A DNA stretch of 64,000 nt from Candidatus Sumerlaeales bacterium (GCA_038243585.1 JBBSQY010000002.1:64001-128000); one strand, 5' to 3'; positions 8,042 to 18,929 are shown, counted from the stretch's first letter. The notes: generated from the letters alone by a model not told the origin. A program made the numbers and translations.

Positions 8042-10906
8042 ATGGGATCAATTTTCATGTCTACAACGCCTATATTCCCCGGTCAATTATCGGATGTTGA
8101 AACAGAGGCTTTTTCTGAAGCACCCACTATTGTTGGGCCTTTTGAAGATAATTCGCAATTGTCGCTGTCACAACTTACCCGGGTAATCATTCCGCAGGAT
8201 CATGAGCCCATAAAGACGTCAGGTACCCAGGCGCCATATACGGAATCCTACAAAATTACACACGAAATAGGTTTTGGCGGCTACGGTGCCGTGTGGAATG
8301 GAATTCAGAACAACTTAAACCGGCGTGTAGCGCTAAAAACTTTAAAGGCGGACGTGGTCGCCAAGCCCAAGATCGAGCGGCTGATATGGTTATTTCGCCA
8401 GGAAGCCATGACTACAGCTCATCTCCAGCATCCTAATGTTGTGCCGGTATATGATCTGACAGAAGACAGCAACGGCCTCCCTGTTCTTGCTATGAAACTG
8501 GTGGAAGGGCGCCAATGGAACCGGGTGCTATCCGAAGATTTTACTTTGATCACACCTTTAGATTTTCTTGAACGCCACTTGGCGGTGTTAATTAGCGTAG
8601 CGCAAGCGGTCGCCTATGCCCACTCTCGTGGAATCATTCATCGTGATTTAAAACCCTCGCAGATTATGATCGGCAATTATAGTGAAGTTCTGGTCATGGA
8701 TTGGGGGCTGGCCATGGCAACCCGGGATAGCGACGGACAGGTCCTCTGCGATCCCAGCATCATAATCGATTCTCAGTCGCCGCTGATAAAGCCCATGACT
8801 CCCGCGGGAACGCCTGGCTATATGGCGCCAGAGCAAAAGATGAAAGACGCTACAAAGCTCGGGCCGTGGACCGATGTGTATCTGCTTGGGGCGATTTTGT
8901 ATGAGCTTTTGACTGGTCTGCGACCGCATGAGTCTATTAAACTCGGAGACCCGGCCGGCCTGCAGGCGCAAAATGATATCGTTAATCCACAGCTTCGAAC
9001 CCCCCACCGCGATATACCTGCGCAGTTATCTTCGCTTGCCATGACTGCGATGGCCACTGACCCTCGAGATCGCGTCGCCAGCGTTTCCGCATTTGCTGAC
9101 GATCTGCGGGAGTATCTGACAAAAGCTGGTAATCGAGGTGAAAGCATGACCTTGGTGACCAGCGTCGCGAATTCGGTTTTAGCTGATGAACTTACTTATG
9201 AACACCTGCAGAACTGTCTAGAAAAGCTGGATCGGGCACAAGCTCAATGGCCGGAAAACCAAATGGCTTCTTCTCTGAGACACCAGATTCTTGTGACTTT
9301 TGCCCGGTCCGCTCTCAATAACAATGATCTTATGTTGGCGCGCCTGCAGGCTGACCGGATTATGATTGAGTCAGAACGTTTACAGATCCTGAAAGAAATA
9401 GACGCCGCAGATCTGGATTACAAAACGCGCGGGCAGGAAATGTCGAAAGTGCGTTATCAGGTAACCGAAGAACGGGACCGCGCCGAGGCGCTCGTGCGTT
9501 TCATGCTTCTGGATCTTCATGCGGAACTGCGAACCCTGGGGCGCGTAGACCTTGTCCATAAAGTTGCGTGTGAAGCTCTAAATTTCTTCGACTCTCTCCA
9601 TGACGATGAACTCAACCATGAGAATTTGCTAAATCGCTGTACCGCATGTGTGCAAATTGGAGACGTACTTGCCGAACTCGGCCGGCGTGACGAGGCTGAA
9701 GGTGCCTATCGACGCGCCCTTGCCAGTGCGGAAGTGCTTGTTTCTGCGGATCCGGGAAATGTCAAATCGCGTCAGTTGACAGCAAAGTGCCTTGGATATC
9801 TTGGGAGGCTCTACTACGTCAAAGGACAGCTCGAGTTGGCACAACAGGAATATGACAAGGCTTTGCAGACGCAACTTGATGCTTTAGAACTTTCTGTCGG
9901 CAACGCCGAGCTGAGGCGAGGCATCGCCAATACCGCGCATGCTATGGCCCTGATTCTCTGGAGAAAGCAGAACTACGAAGCGGCCCTGCATAAACTCTCT
10001 GAATCCATAAGTTACGCCCGCGCCATACATAACGCAATGCCATCAAGCGTAGATCATCAGACGGACCTTGCGGTCTACCTTGCATCTCAAAGCAACATCA
10101 TGCGCGACCTTGGTGATACCGACGGTGCTCTTCAGGCAGCCCAGGAATCCCTTTCTATGAGGATTGCTCTCAGCGATCAGTTTCCCGGTGATTCCCGTCG
10201 GAAAGAAGAGGTGTACTGGGTGCGGGCGAATCTTTGCTCTGTCTTGCTGAAGCGCGGTGAATTTGAACGCGTACTTAATAATTTAAAGCCGGATATTGCT
10301 GAACGGCGCCGCATGTATGAGGAAGATCCACTTAACATATTGCGTACTATGGGGCTGACGTTTCACTTAAGCTTACTGGCAGAGGCTAATTTCCTGCTCA
10401 ATAAAACCGACGAAGCGGAACGGTTGTTGGCAGAATGCTTACTGCACTCTCGCCGGTTGGCGGATCAAGATGATTCTAATCCCGGAGCCATGAGCAGATT
10501 CGCCTTTCACCTTGTGCAAATGGCCGAGCTTCATGCGGCGCGCGGCCAGTGGAGTGAAGCTGAACGACTGGCGACTCAGAGTCTGCAAACGGCACGTTCC
10601 AGCTATTGGCTATCGCCAGATAACAATTTTGTGATGAGGCCGCTATTCCAAGCTTTGGCCATAAACGCGCGAATCTGTATGAGACACGGGAAATCTGTGA
10701 ACGCATCGCAACTCATGCTCGAAAGCCGGGATGTTCTAAGCCAAACAAAAGGGAACAGGGAATCCGCAGAGTACGAAAGTCTAGAGGCAAGAGTGGAGTT
10801 CGCAAGCGCAGATCCTGCTGCGCTACAGGCTCTGGTGAAACGCCTTCAAAACTCCAGAAGAATGGATCCTTACTTGGAAGCATGGGCAGAAGAGCAACTC
10901 TCCTAA
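8042..10906 (+). CDS. Hanks-type Ser/Thr protein kinase with C-terminal TPR-like repeats
   Basis: GFGGYGAV, VALK, HRDLKPSQ, DWGLA, GTPGYMAPEQ; helical repeat C-terminus. Confidence 0.9.
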   Translation: MGSIFMSTTPIFPGQLSDVETEAFSEAPTIVGPFEDNSQLSLSQLTRVIIPQDHEPIKTSGTQAPYTESYKITHEIGFGGYGAVWNGIQNNLNRRVALKTLKADVVAKPKIERLIWLFRQEAMTTAHLQHPNVVPVYDLTEDSNGLPVLAMKLVEGRQWNRVLSEDFTLITPLDFLERHLAVLISVAQAVAYAHSRGIIHRDLKPSQIMIGNYSEVLVMDWGLAMATRDSDGQVLCDPSIIIDSQSPLIKPMTPAGTPGYMAPEQKMKDATKLGPWTDVYLLGAILYELLTGLRPHESIKLGDPAGLQAQNDIVNPQLRTPHRDIPAQLSSLAMTAMATDPRDRVASVSAFADDLREYLTKAGNRGESMTLVTSVANSVLADELTYEHLQNCLEKLDRAQAQWPENQMASSLRHQILVTFARSALNNNDLMLARLQADRIMIESERLQILKEIDAADLDYKTRGQEMSKVRYQVTEERDRAEALVRFMLLDLHAELRTLGRVDLVHKVACEALNFFDSLHDDELNHENLLNRCTACVQIGDVLAELGRRDEAEGAYRRALASAEVLVSADPGNVKSRQLTAKCLGYLGRLYYVKGQLELAQQEYDKALQTQLDALELSVGNAELRRGIANTAHAMALILWRKQNYEAALHKLSESISYARAIHNAMPSSVDHQTDLAVYLASQSNIMRDLGDTDGALQAAQESLSMRIALSDQFPGDSRRKEEVYWVRANLCSVLLKRGEFERVLNNLKPDIAERRRMYEEDPLNILRTMGLTFHLSLLAEANFLLNKTDEAERLLAECLLHSRRLADQDDSNPGAMSRFAFHLVQMAELHAARGQWSEAERLATQSLQTARSSYWLSPDNNFVMRPLFQALAINARICMRHGKSVNASQLMLESRDVLSQTKGNRESAEYESLEARVEFASADPAALQALVKRLQNSRRMDPYLEAWAEEQLS

Positions 10907-10945
10907 GTACGGTAACAACCCCCGGTATTTCTCGTCCGGCGGGGT

Positions 10946-11809
10946 CTAAGGCTTTCGTGCCGCATTGAACTGCCCCTGATGAAAATCCAGGTGTTCCTCA
11001 ATACGCGCATTCCAGTACGCCCAGTTGTGGTCTCCAGGATACTCCCGGTAGACGTGCGGGATGTTCAGACGCGTCAATTTTTCATTTAGGCGCCGATTAT
11101 CTTCAACTGCGCCAGTCTTATCGCTCACCCCTGTATCGAAAAGCAGCGCCACACCAGCGGTTGTATAAGCTTCCGCGAGACAGTATACGCTATGAAGTTT
11201 CCACTCGTCCAAATGCTCCGGCTGCGTCCCGAGGAGCTCATCCAAGTTCCATTTTCCCGGGTGCGCCGAGATGTCTAGGATACCGCTCATAGATGAAGCC
11301 GAACCGAATAATTGTGGGTTTTTAGCGGCAAGTGACAATGCACCGTGCCCGCCCATACTCAGGCCGGCGATACCTCGTTTATTCCTGGATTTTGCAACTG
11401 GAAAACGAGCTTCCACATCCGTGATCAGGTCCCGGACGATTGCAGTTTGGTATTGGCTGCCCGACTGTAATTTACTATCCAGATACCAGCCAAACGATCC
11501 GCCTTCAGGCATGACGACAATCAGGTCGCGGTCCTTAAGCAGCTGGGTAAATGTGCTTTGCTCGGTCCAGTCCATGTGACTGCCTGTGGCGCCATGTAGC
11601 AGGTAGATCGTCGGATAGAGCATCCCCTTTTGCAAAGGCGACGGCAACGCGACCACATAAGATGTTATCTGGTCCAAAGCGCTGCTTTTGAAGGAAACGG
11701 TCTCAGTAGTAATTGCAGAGGAGCCGGCGGATCCGGTAAAAGGAGAAGTCAATATGCCAACCGCAAACAGGAATGGTCCAAACGGGAAGTTAATCATAAG
11801 GGTCATCAC
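10946..11809 (-). CDS. Putative esterase (alpha/beta hydrolase, S-formylglutathione hydrolase-like)
   Basis: YLLHG, GLSMGG nucleophile motif, PGDHNWAYW. Confidence 0.88.
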   Translation of the reverse strand: MMTLMINFPFGPFLFAVGILTSPFTGSAGSSAITTETVSFKSSALDQITSYVVALPSPLQKGMLYPTIYLLHGATGSHMDWTEQSTFTQLLKDRDLIVVMPEGGSFGWYLDSKLQSGSQYQTAIVRDLITDVEARFPVAKSRNKRGIAGLSMGGHGALSLAAKNPQLFGSASSMSGILDISAHPGKWNLDELLGTQPEHLDEWKLHSVYCLAEAYTTAGVALLFDTGVSDKTGAVEDNRRLNEKLTRLNIPHVYREYPGDHNWAYWNARIEEHLDFHQGQFNAARKP

Positions 11810-12039
11810 AATCGGCTTAGCGAGATTGTCAAAATAAAAGACACAGAACCGCAGGCTAGATGTGGAATATTCTACCCCGTTAGCAGATTAAACTACTAAG
11901 TTTAATCAATGAATGTTACATCGCTATTCTGTAAAAGAGTGAAACAGCCCGGTAATATTGGCTTTGATGTACTGGCTGAAACATCTCAATTGTTCTGCCG
12001 TGGCATATATGTGGCTAGTTGATTAAAGGTTAGTATCTT

Positions 12040-12561
12040 GTGCACAGGGGTGGTTACTTGAAGATTGCCATATTGACGGAATGTGAAGTTGACCTCCAGG
12101 AGCCCGAGTCCGATGCGGACACCGCAAACGTCGATGTTAAAAGAGAATGCGCGGACGATGCCAATGGACAAAACTTTCATAGGATGTTCGACGCTTTTTT
12201 TTCAGGCAAACATCCATTCTTCTGCCCCGAAGGACGGGCTTGGAATCCGCCTACAGACATTCTTGAAACGGAAAATGCGCTGGATATAAAAATTGAGGTG
12301 GCTGGACTTCGTGAGCAGGATGTGGAGGTTAAGGTAAATCAGGAGTACCTGATAATCCGTGGCGAACGCGCCGATCATAACCGCAAACCGGAATCCCGGT
12401 ATCACCTTATGGAAATTCATTACGGCAGTTTTGAGCGGGTCATACGTCTGCCTCATGCCGTTGAGGTTAAAAACATTACTGCCACTCTGCAAAACGGTTT
12501 TCTGTTTGTGAGAGTGCCTAAAGATAGCAACATTGCCGAGTATCGGATTGAAATTGAATAG
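12040..12561 (+). CDS. Hsp20/alpha-crystallin small heat-shock protein (5' end uncertain)
   Basis: WNPPTDILET, IIRGER, EIHYGSFERVIRLP, NGFLFVRVPK; upstream of lon. Confidence 0.88.
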   Translation: MHRGGYLKIAILTECEVDLQEPESDADTANVDVKRECADDANGQNFHRMFDAFFSGKHPFFCPEGRAWNPPTDILETENALDIKIEVAGLREQDVEVKVNQEYLIIRGERADHNRKPESRYHLMEIHYGSFERVIRLPHAVEVKNITATLQNGFLFVRVPKDSNIAEYRIEIE

Positions 12562-12615
12562 CGTGTAAACGCCCCCCAGTAGAATCCACACATTAAGGAT
12601 TAATTAGCCTAAATC

Positions 12616-15069
12616 ATGAGCGAAAACGTCGCGGGTATAAAAATCGAAGAAGTTTCAAAAGGACAGGAGATTCCAGCGGCCCTGCCGGTTATGCCGTTGG
12701 AAAACGTAGTTCTTTATCCTTCGATGATCGCTCCAATAGTTGTGGGAGACGAAAAAAGCCGTAAGATGGTGGACGAGGCCTTAGCGGGGCAGCGCATGGT
12801 AGCGGTGCTGACCAAGCGCCCAGACGCCGATGGCGAACTCGATAATTTTGACAATCTTTACACCACGGGTACCGCCGCAGTTATCCTTAAGATGCTCAAG
12901 ATGCCTGACGGCACTATGCGCATTCTATTGCACGGCCTACAGCGAATTAACGTGGTGGAACGCATTTCGAGCAAGCCCTACCTGAAGGCTAAGGTTGAGG
13001 TTGTTAAAGAAATTGCCGCCCGACAGACTCGAGAAGTCGATGCCCTAGTCAAGAGTCTGCATGGCCTTCTTGGAAAAGCCATCGAATTGTCCAGCCTCCC
13101 GGAAGACCTGCGGGTTGCTGCTATCAATATAACGGATTCCGGACGACTAGCCGATTTAATCGCCAGCAACCTAAACCTGAAAGTGGACGAGCAACAGGAT
13201 CTACTGGAGGTTCTCGACGTAACTGAGCGCCTGAAACGTGTGCATTTCATCCTGAGCCGCGAGATCGAAGTGCTGGAACTGGGAAGTCGCATTCAATCCC
13301 GGGTAAAGACCGAGCTGGATAAGAATCAGCGCGATTATCTCCTGCGAGAACAGATGAAGGCCATTCGTCACGAATTGGGCGAAGATGAAGGTCCTGGACA
13401 AGAACTTGACGAGCTAGAGAAACGGCTGGAGAAGAAAGCGTTGCCCGATGCTGCGCGGGAAACGGCAAAACGGGAGCTCAGCCGCCTGCGTTCAATGCAA
13501 CCCTCCAGTGCCGAGTACTCCGTTAGTCGGACGTACCTTGACATCATCTTAGATCTTCCTTGGATGGAAAGCACAGACGACAGGATCGACATAATAAAAG
13601 CTCGCAAAATCTTGAACCGCGACCACTTCGATCTCGAAAAAACCAAAGAACGTATTCTGGAACATCTGGCAGTCCGCAAGTTGAAGAAGGATATGAAGGG
13701 GCCTATCCTGTGTCTGGTCGGGCCTCCGGGGGTGGGGAAGACCAGCCTTGGCAGGTCCATCGCTGCCGCCATGGGGCGGAAATTCGTCCGATTTTCATTG
13801 GGCGGTATGCGTGACGAAGCAGAGATCCGCGGACACCGCCGAACCTACATAGGTGCCATGCCCGGACGGATTCTTAAAAACCTGCGCCAGGTGGAAGCCA
13901 ATAATCCGGTGATGATGCTGGACGAAATCGACAAAGTCGGCAGTGATTACCGCGGCGATCCGAGCAGCGCCCTGCTGGAGGTTCTTGATCCGGAGCAAAA
14001 CGATTCCTTTGCGGATCATTATCTGGACATGCCGTTTGACCTGAGCAATATCATGTTTATCACCACTGCCAATCAGCTGGACACCATTCCCGGGCCGCTG
14101 CGCGACCGCATGGAAATCATCGAACTGACAGGCTATTCCCTGCGCGAGAAAATGCAGATCGCCAAGCAGTTCACTATTCCAAAGCAAATGAACGAAAACG
14201 GCGTGTCCACCAAGGACCTGACAATCACAGACGCAGCGCTGACCCGGCTCATCGAGGATTACACCCGAGAAGCTGGCGTGCGCGGCCTTGAACGCCAGAT
14301 AGGCGCCGTATGCCGAAAGGTGGCTCGAAAGGTTGCGGAAGGTAAATCGGAAAAGTTGAAGGTGACGCCGGAAGTGGTAAAGACACTTCTGGGGCCGCCA
14401 AAGTTCTACATGGATATCGCTCAGCGGGCGGGAACGCCGGGCGTCAGCATTGGTCTGGCCTGGACTCCCGTCGGCGGAGAAATTCTTTTTATTGAAGCCA
14501 CAATCACCATGGGGACCGGAAAATTTGTACTGACAGGTCAGCTCGGTGATGTAATGAAAGAAAGCGCTCATGCGGCGATGACGTATGTGCATACCGTCGC
14601 CGAGACCCTGAAAATTCCGGAAGAGCTGTTTTCGAAGCGGGATATTCATCTCCACGTCCCCGCTGGCGCCATTCCCAAAGATGGGCCGTCTGCGGGAACT
14701 GCAATGGCCACCGCCATCACATCTCTGCTGACGGGGCGCCGGGTGAAAGACTTTTTCGCCATGACGGGCGAGATTACACTTAAGGGCAATGTGTTGCCGG
14801 TTGGCGGCATAAAAGATAAGCTTCTGGCGGCCCATCGCGCTGGAATTAAGCAAGTCACGCTCCCGGAGCGCAACCAGGGTGATACGGAACAGTTACCGGA
14901 AGAGGTTCGCAAAAAACTGAAGATAAACTTCGTAACCCACATGGATCAGGTGCTGGATCTCGCTCTCGTCCGAAAAAAAGACTCGTCCGCCAGCCGCTTG
15001 TTATTGCCTATGCCTGAACCCGGAAAGCCTACGGGTGACACCCGGCCAACATCCGGTGTTAGTATATAG
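12616..15069 (+). CDS. lon: ATP-dependent protease La
   Basis: GPPGVGKTS, DEAEIRGHRRTYIGAMPG, PKDGPSAG. Confidence 0.98.
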   Translation: MSENVAGIKIEEVSKGQEIPAALPVMPLENVVLYPSMIAPIVVGDEKSRKMVDEALAGQRMVAVLTKRPDADGELDNFDNLYTTGTAAVILKMLKMPDGTMRILLHGLQRINVVERISSKPYLKAKVEVVKEIAARQTREVDALVKSLHGLLGKAIELSSLPEDLRVAAINITDSGRLADLIASNLNLKVDEQQDLLEVLDVTERLKRVHFILSREIEVLELGSRIQSRVKTELDKNQRDYLLREQMKAIRHELGEDEGPGQELDELEKRLEKKALPDAARETAKRELSRLRSMQPSSAEYSVSRTYLDIILDLPWMESTDDRIDIIKARKILNRDHFDLEKTKERILEHLAVRKLKKDMKGPILCLVGPPGVGKTSLGRSIAAAMGRKFVRFSLGGMRDEAEIRGHRRTYIGAMPGRILKNLRQVEANNPVMMLDEIDKVGSDYRGDPSSALLEVLDPEQNDSFADHYLDMPFDLSNIMFITTANQLDTIPGPLRDRMEIIELTGYSLREKMQIAKQFTIPKQMNENGVSTKDLTITDAALTRLIEDYTREAGVRGLERQIGAVCRKVARKVAEGKSEKLKVTPEVVKTLLGPPKFYMDIAQRAGTPGVSIGLAWTPVGGEILFIEATITMGTGKFVLTGQLGDVMKESAHAAMTYVHTVAETLKIPEELFSKRDIHLHVPAGAIPKDGPSAGTAMATAITSLLTGRRVKDFFAMTGEITLKGNVLPVGGIKDKLLAAHRAGIKQVTLPERNQGDTEQLPEEVRKKLKINFVTHMDQVLDLALVRKKDSSASRLLLPMPEPGKPTGDTRPTSGVSI

Positions 15070-15149
15070 GCGAGCACACATGGATCATTAAGCAAGTGCG
15101 CCGTAATTACGAACCGTCAGGCTCCTTCCGATCTAAATCAAGCCAGTAA

Positions 15150-15848
15150 CTAGGACTCTTTGAGCAGCCATTTAATGCGATATTTAACCAGCACCCACAG
15201 GGACACAAAGCCGTCGCTCCAATAGAGTTTTTTCCCCTCCTGATGGGAGCGGGGGAAGTAGTCAACCGGCACTTCCGCGATGCGACAACGGGCGCGGAGG
15301 AATCGAAGCGTTAGCTCTACCGTGAAAGACATGTCGCTTCGGTCGAACCGCATGGGCGAGGTGATCTCACGGCGAAAAACCTGGTAGCAGGTTTCGGCGT
15401 CGGTGAGCCTGGCGTTCCAGAAAATATTGAGTATGCCGGTGACGGTGCGGTTGCCCCAGTATTGTAGAGGAGTCATGTTTGGGCGGCCCCGGAGAAACCT
15501 GGATCCAAAAACGACGTCGGCCTCGGACTGCTGAATGGGGCGCACGAGATCGGGAAAGCAGGCGGGGTCCAGCTCCAAGTCGGCGTCCTGAAAAATAATT
15601 ATCTGGCCTCGGGCGGCGGCCATTCCTTCGCGAAGGGCTCCGCCGCGGCCGTTTCGAGTTTTCTGGTAGATCACCAAAAGATCGCCCCGCTGCTCCTCCC
15701 GCTGGAGAATTTCGCGCGTACCGTCCGTAGAGGCCCCGTCTACCACAACAATTTCCAGATCAAGAGGAACGGCACGCACAGCTTGGAGCACAGTAGCAAG
15801 CGTGGGGGCCTCGTTGTAAACCGGAATAATGACGGAGAGAAGTTTCAT
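15150..15848 (-). CDS. Glycosyltransferase family 2 (DPM1-like)
   Basis: LSVIIPVYNE, VVDGASTDGT, QDADLE, VFGSRF. Confidence 0.92.
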   Translation of the reverse strand: MKLLSVIIPVYNEAPTLATVLQAVRAVPLDLEIVVVDGASTDGTREILQREEQRGDLLVIYQKTRNGRGGALREGMAAARGQIIIFQDADLELDPACFPDLVRPIQQSEADVVFGSRFLRGRPNMTPLQYWGNRTVTGILNIFWNARLTDAETCYQVFRREITSPMRFDRSDMSFTVELTLRFLRARCRIAEVPVDYFPRSHQEGKKLYWSDGFVSLWVLVKYRIKWLLKES

Positions 15849-17002
15849 GAAATGGCTTGTCTTACCGTATGAACGACTTCGCGAACGTGGGCGGGGGAAA
15901 GCTTGGGATGGAGGGGCAAGGTAATCTGGTGACTGGCGAAGGCGACGGCGTTATCCAGGGACGGAGATGAAGGCACCGGATTATCGGCGTACCAGGAAAA
16001 GGTGTGTATGGGCGGGTAATGGTGAGAGGTCTGGATGCCGGCAGCGTTGAGCGCTTTTGCGATTTGATCTCGGGTGGAGGGACTGTCACACAACAATGGG
16101 AGGATGTGGCATGCGGAACCGCTAATGTGCCTTATGACGGCCGGCGCAATTTTGACCTCCTTAATTCCATTGAGAAGGTCCTGGTATAGCAGTGTCAGCT
16201 CGCGCCGGCGGTCGTTTCCGTCGAAAAGCTTTTCCAGTTGAACCAGACCCAGGGCCGCCATTATTTCGGTGCCTCGGCTATTATAGCCTGGAAATCGAAC
16301 ATCATATCCGGAGGTTTGGGTGCTGTGGCGGGTCCAGGTGCCGACGGAAAGGCCGTGGCTTCGGGCGAGGCGCACCCAGTCTGCCAGGGCGGGATCATCG
16401 GTAATGATCATACCGCCTTCGCCGGTGGACAAATTCTTGTTGCTGAAAAACGAGAAGCAGCCGGCGGCGCCAAGCGTGCCGAGGGCGCGACCGGAGGCGG
16501 TGTGAGCGCCGGGGGAGTGGGCGCAGTCTTCAATCAGGTACACGGAGTGACGGCGGCAGATTTCGGCCACGGCTTCCGCGCCGGCATCGTGGCCGGCGTA
16601 GTGCATCAGCGCGACGGCGGCAATATCGTTTCGCGATTGGAGAAGCTGTTCGACGGCAGAGGCTGACAGAAAGGGAGACGTTTGGCTTTCTGTATCGCAA
16701 AGGACAGGAACGCCTCCCGCTGCAATAACGGCGCTGGCGGTGGCGACAAACGTAATATCTGGAACTATAACAGCGCGACGGGCAACGGGAGCATCCTGCA
16801 AAAGGTACCGGTAGACCAGTTCCAGAGCGCAGGTGCAGTTAGCCACGGCGATGGCGTGGGCAGATTGATGATGCGCCGCAAATTGAGTTTCAAACTCGGC
16901 GGTCAGTTGGCCCATGGTAAGCCAGCCGGATTCTAACACCTGCTGTACCGCCGCGGTTTCGCGGTGATCATAATTCAAATCGCTGAGGGGAATCCGCCAC
17001 AT
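15845..17002 (-). CDS. DegT/DnrJ/EryC1/StrS PLP aminotransferase
   Basis: IEDCAHS, FSFFSNKNLSTGEGGM. Confidence 0.93.
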   Translation of the reverse strand: MWRIPLSDLNYDHRETAAVQQVLESGWLTMGQLTAEFETQFAAHHQSAHAIAVANCTCALELVYRYLLQDAPVARRAVIVPDITFVATASAVIAAGGVPVLCDTESQTSPFLSASAVEQLLQSRNDIAAVALMHYAGHDAGAEAVAEICRRHSVYLIEDCAHSPGAHTASGRALGTLGAAGCFSFFSNKNLSTGEGGMIITDDPALADWVRLARSHGLSVGTWTRHSTQTSGYDVRFPGYNSRGTEIMAALGLVQLEKLFDGNDRRRELTLLYQDLLNGIKEVKIAPAVIRHISGSACHILPLLCDSPSTRDQIAKALNAAGIQTSHHYPPIHTFSWYADNPVPSSPSLDNAVAFASHQITLPLHPKLSPAHVREVVHTVRQAIS

Positions 17003-17122
17003 AGAGGGGTACGTAGCGACAGCGCGAGCGGGAGTGCAAAGTAAAATTTGCTATTGCGGAGCGAATCCCCATCATCCAGAAGACTGATCATCTGTATTAA
17101 TGTATGAAATGGGGTTCAGGTA

Positions 17123-17545
17123 ATGGGTTTTATCCAGGATTTTAAGACTTTCGCAGTTAAAGGCAACGTGGTGGACCTGGCAGTCGCCGTGGTTATTGGA
17201 GCGGCCTTTGGCAAAATTGTGACGTCGCTGGTCAATGATATCGTTATGCCGCCGATTGGTTATGCCATGCGGGGCGTCGATTTTTCGAAGCTTGTTTATG
17301 TTCTCGGCATGAACGCCGAGGGAAAAGCCGTTACGATTAACTACGGCAATTTTATCAACAACTGCCTTCATTTTCTGATAATCGCTTTTGCAATATTTAT
17401 AGCCATCAGACAGGTTGGCAGGCTGAAAAGAAAGCCGGAAAAACTGCCGCCGGAGACGCGGAAATGTCCCTTCTGCATGGAGGTTATCGCAACAAAAGCG
17501 ATAAAATGCAAGCACTGCACCGCAGATGTTCCCGCGACTATGTGA
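17123..17545 (+). CDS. mscL: Large-conductance mechanosensitive channel with C-terminal Zn ribbon
   Basis: [41 protein letters not shown]...CKHC tail. Confidence 0.95.
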   Translation: MGFIQDFKTFAVKGNVVDLAVAVVIGAAFGKIVTSLVNDIVMPPIGYAMRGVDFSKLVYVLGMNAEGKAVTINYGNFINNCLHFLIIAFAIFIAIRQVGRLKRKPEKLPPETRKCPFCMEVIATKAIKCKHCTADVPATM

Positions 17546-17648
17546 CAGCGGGACGCGACGTAGAGAGGGATGTGCTTTACATCGAATAGGATTTGGCGAA
17601 GTCGGTAAAGAAGCAGGCATTCGCAGGACCATGCGAACGCAATCGGTT

Positions 17649-17735
17649 GGAGGGATGGCCGAGTGGTTAATGGCAACAGACTGTAAATCTGTCGTGCTTC
17701 GCACTACGGAGGTTCAAATCCTCCTCCCTCCACCA
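17649..17735 (+). tRNA. tRNA-Tyr(GTA)
   Basis: GGAGGGATGGCCGAGTGG...CTGTAAA anticodon loop, long variable arm, GGTTCAAATCC T-arm, ...CCCTCCACCA. Confidence 0.97.
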
Positions 17736-17751
17736 CTCTTATAAATCAAGC

Positions 17752-17791
17752 GCCCGCCCAGCATTATCAAGCTGAGGCGGGCTTTTAATTT
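17752..17791 (+). terminator. Intrinsic terminator after tRNA-Tyr
   Basis: GCCCGCC-CAGC...GCTG-AGGCGGGC stem followed by TTTTAATTT. Confidence 0.65.
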
Positions 17792-18022
17792 GCCCCCCGC
17801 TCGGCAGGATAGAACTATGGATGACTAATATGGGGCATTTGCCTAAGCGAGACCCTGGGCGCGAGATTGCGTTTTGCCGGGTTGCCCTATGAAGTAACGA
17901 TTTTTCTTTCAAGTGTCTGGGAGTTAGGAAACATCCAAGCTGTGCAGTCGGGAAGACGACGCGACTGCGTTCTAATTCATTTAGCCGTTGTTAAGTTCGA
18001 TCTACGAGAAGGACTGGTAGCA

Positions 18023-18928
18023 ATGCGTTATTTCCTAACTCTTTTAGTTTTTCTGCTTTCTCTTTTTGGAACGTCCCGTTTCGCCTCGGCGGCGGAGCAA
18101 TGGGATGATCCGGTCCCGGGACTACAGCCCGAAGCAAGACGACTCCATGTTGTCTCGTCCGTCCAAAAGTCCAGCGGGACAGCTTTCATAACATACACGG
18201 TTGATGCATGGTACTTCGACCGCGAAGTGATCATACGGATCCGGTCCGCAAACAGTGACATGATTGGCTACGAAGACAAAACCAAATCGCAGGCTGCTTA
18301 TTGGGAAAAAGGCATCGATACTTCCACGCCCTACTTTCCGAAAGAGTTTCTAGACGGCTTTCTTACCGACTTGGTAGCCCATGCTGATATTTGGTTCTAT
18401 CAGCAGCCTATACGAAAACTAATGGAGCCTCAAGCAGCTCGGACTGAACGCGACTCAGACTCATCTCTCACAACAATAACGCTGCGAATTTCTAATCCAG
18501 CCCCGGGTGTGACTAACTATTTGTCTGCTGCTTATCGCGATAATAATATTATTGCTATGCACACGGCCGGTGATCTGAATGACCAGATTAAAGATGCGTA
18601 CGTAGTTGAGTATAGAGACCACGACCCTAAGACCGGCCTGCCTCGACTCGTTTCATACCAGAGCCGCATCCCGCCATACACGACCATTCGCCACAAAACT
18701 ACATTAATAGAACCGATTCCCGCCAACGTATCAGTGCAGAGCCTTTTGGCGGAGCTGAGCAAGGGCTATCGGCCGGTCACAATGCGCATGTTGAACGATC
18801 CCGGGGAGCGCGTTAAATGGTCCGCAGGAAGCTTTCAAAATCTGGGATTTCAAATCGCGGCGGCTGGAGCTGCGATAGCATTTCTGATTTTTGCTAGTCG
18901 CCGGGCGTCGCGTCGAGGCAAGCGCTGA
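18023..18928 (+). CDS. Hypothetical exported protein with C-terminal membrane anchor
   Basis: Signal peptide MRYFLTLLVFLLSLFGTSRFASA; C-terminal hydrophobic helix followed by RRASRRGKR. Confidence 0.7.
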   Translation: MRYFLTLLVFLLSLFGTSRFASAAEQWDDPVPGLQPEARRLHVVSSVQKSSGTAFITYTVDAWYFDREVIIRIRSANSDMIGYEDKTKSQAAYWEKGIDTSTPYFPKEFLDGFLTDLVAHADIWFYQQPIRKLMEPQAARTERDSDSSLTTITLRISNPAPGVTNYLSAAYRDNNIIAMHTAGDLNDQIKDAYVVEYRDHDPKTGLPRLVSYQSRIPPYTTIRHKTTLIEPIPANVSVQSLLAELSKGYRPVTMRMLNDPGERVKWSAGSFQNLGFQIAAAGAAIAFLIFASRRASRRGKR

Positions 18929-18929
18929 T

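Noticed and set aside
12030..12056. CIRCE-like element upstream of hsp20-lon
   Set aside because: Only 11 of 18 consensus positions match (TTAGTATCT-N9-GGGTGGTTA); not convincing.
13795..14853. 352-aa minus-strand ORF
   Set aside because: Lies entirely antisense to lon, a typical shadow ORF.
15150..17002. GT2 + DegT pair as a mobile island (appears more GC-rich by eye)
   Set aside because: No flanking repeats or mobility genes seen, and the composition difference was not computed.
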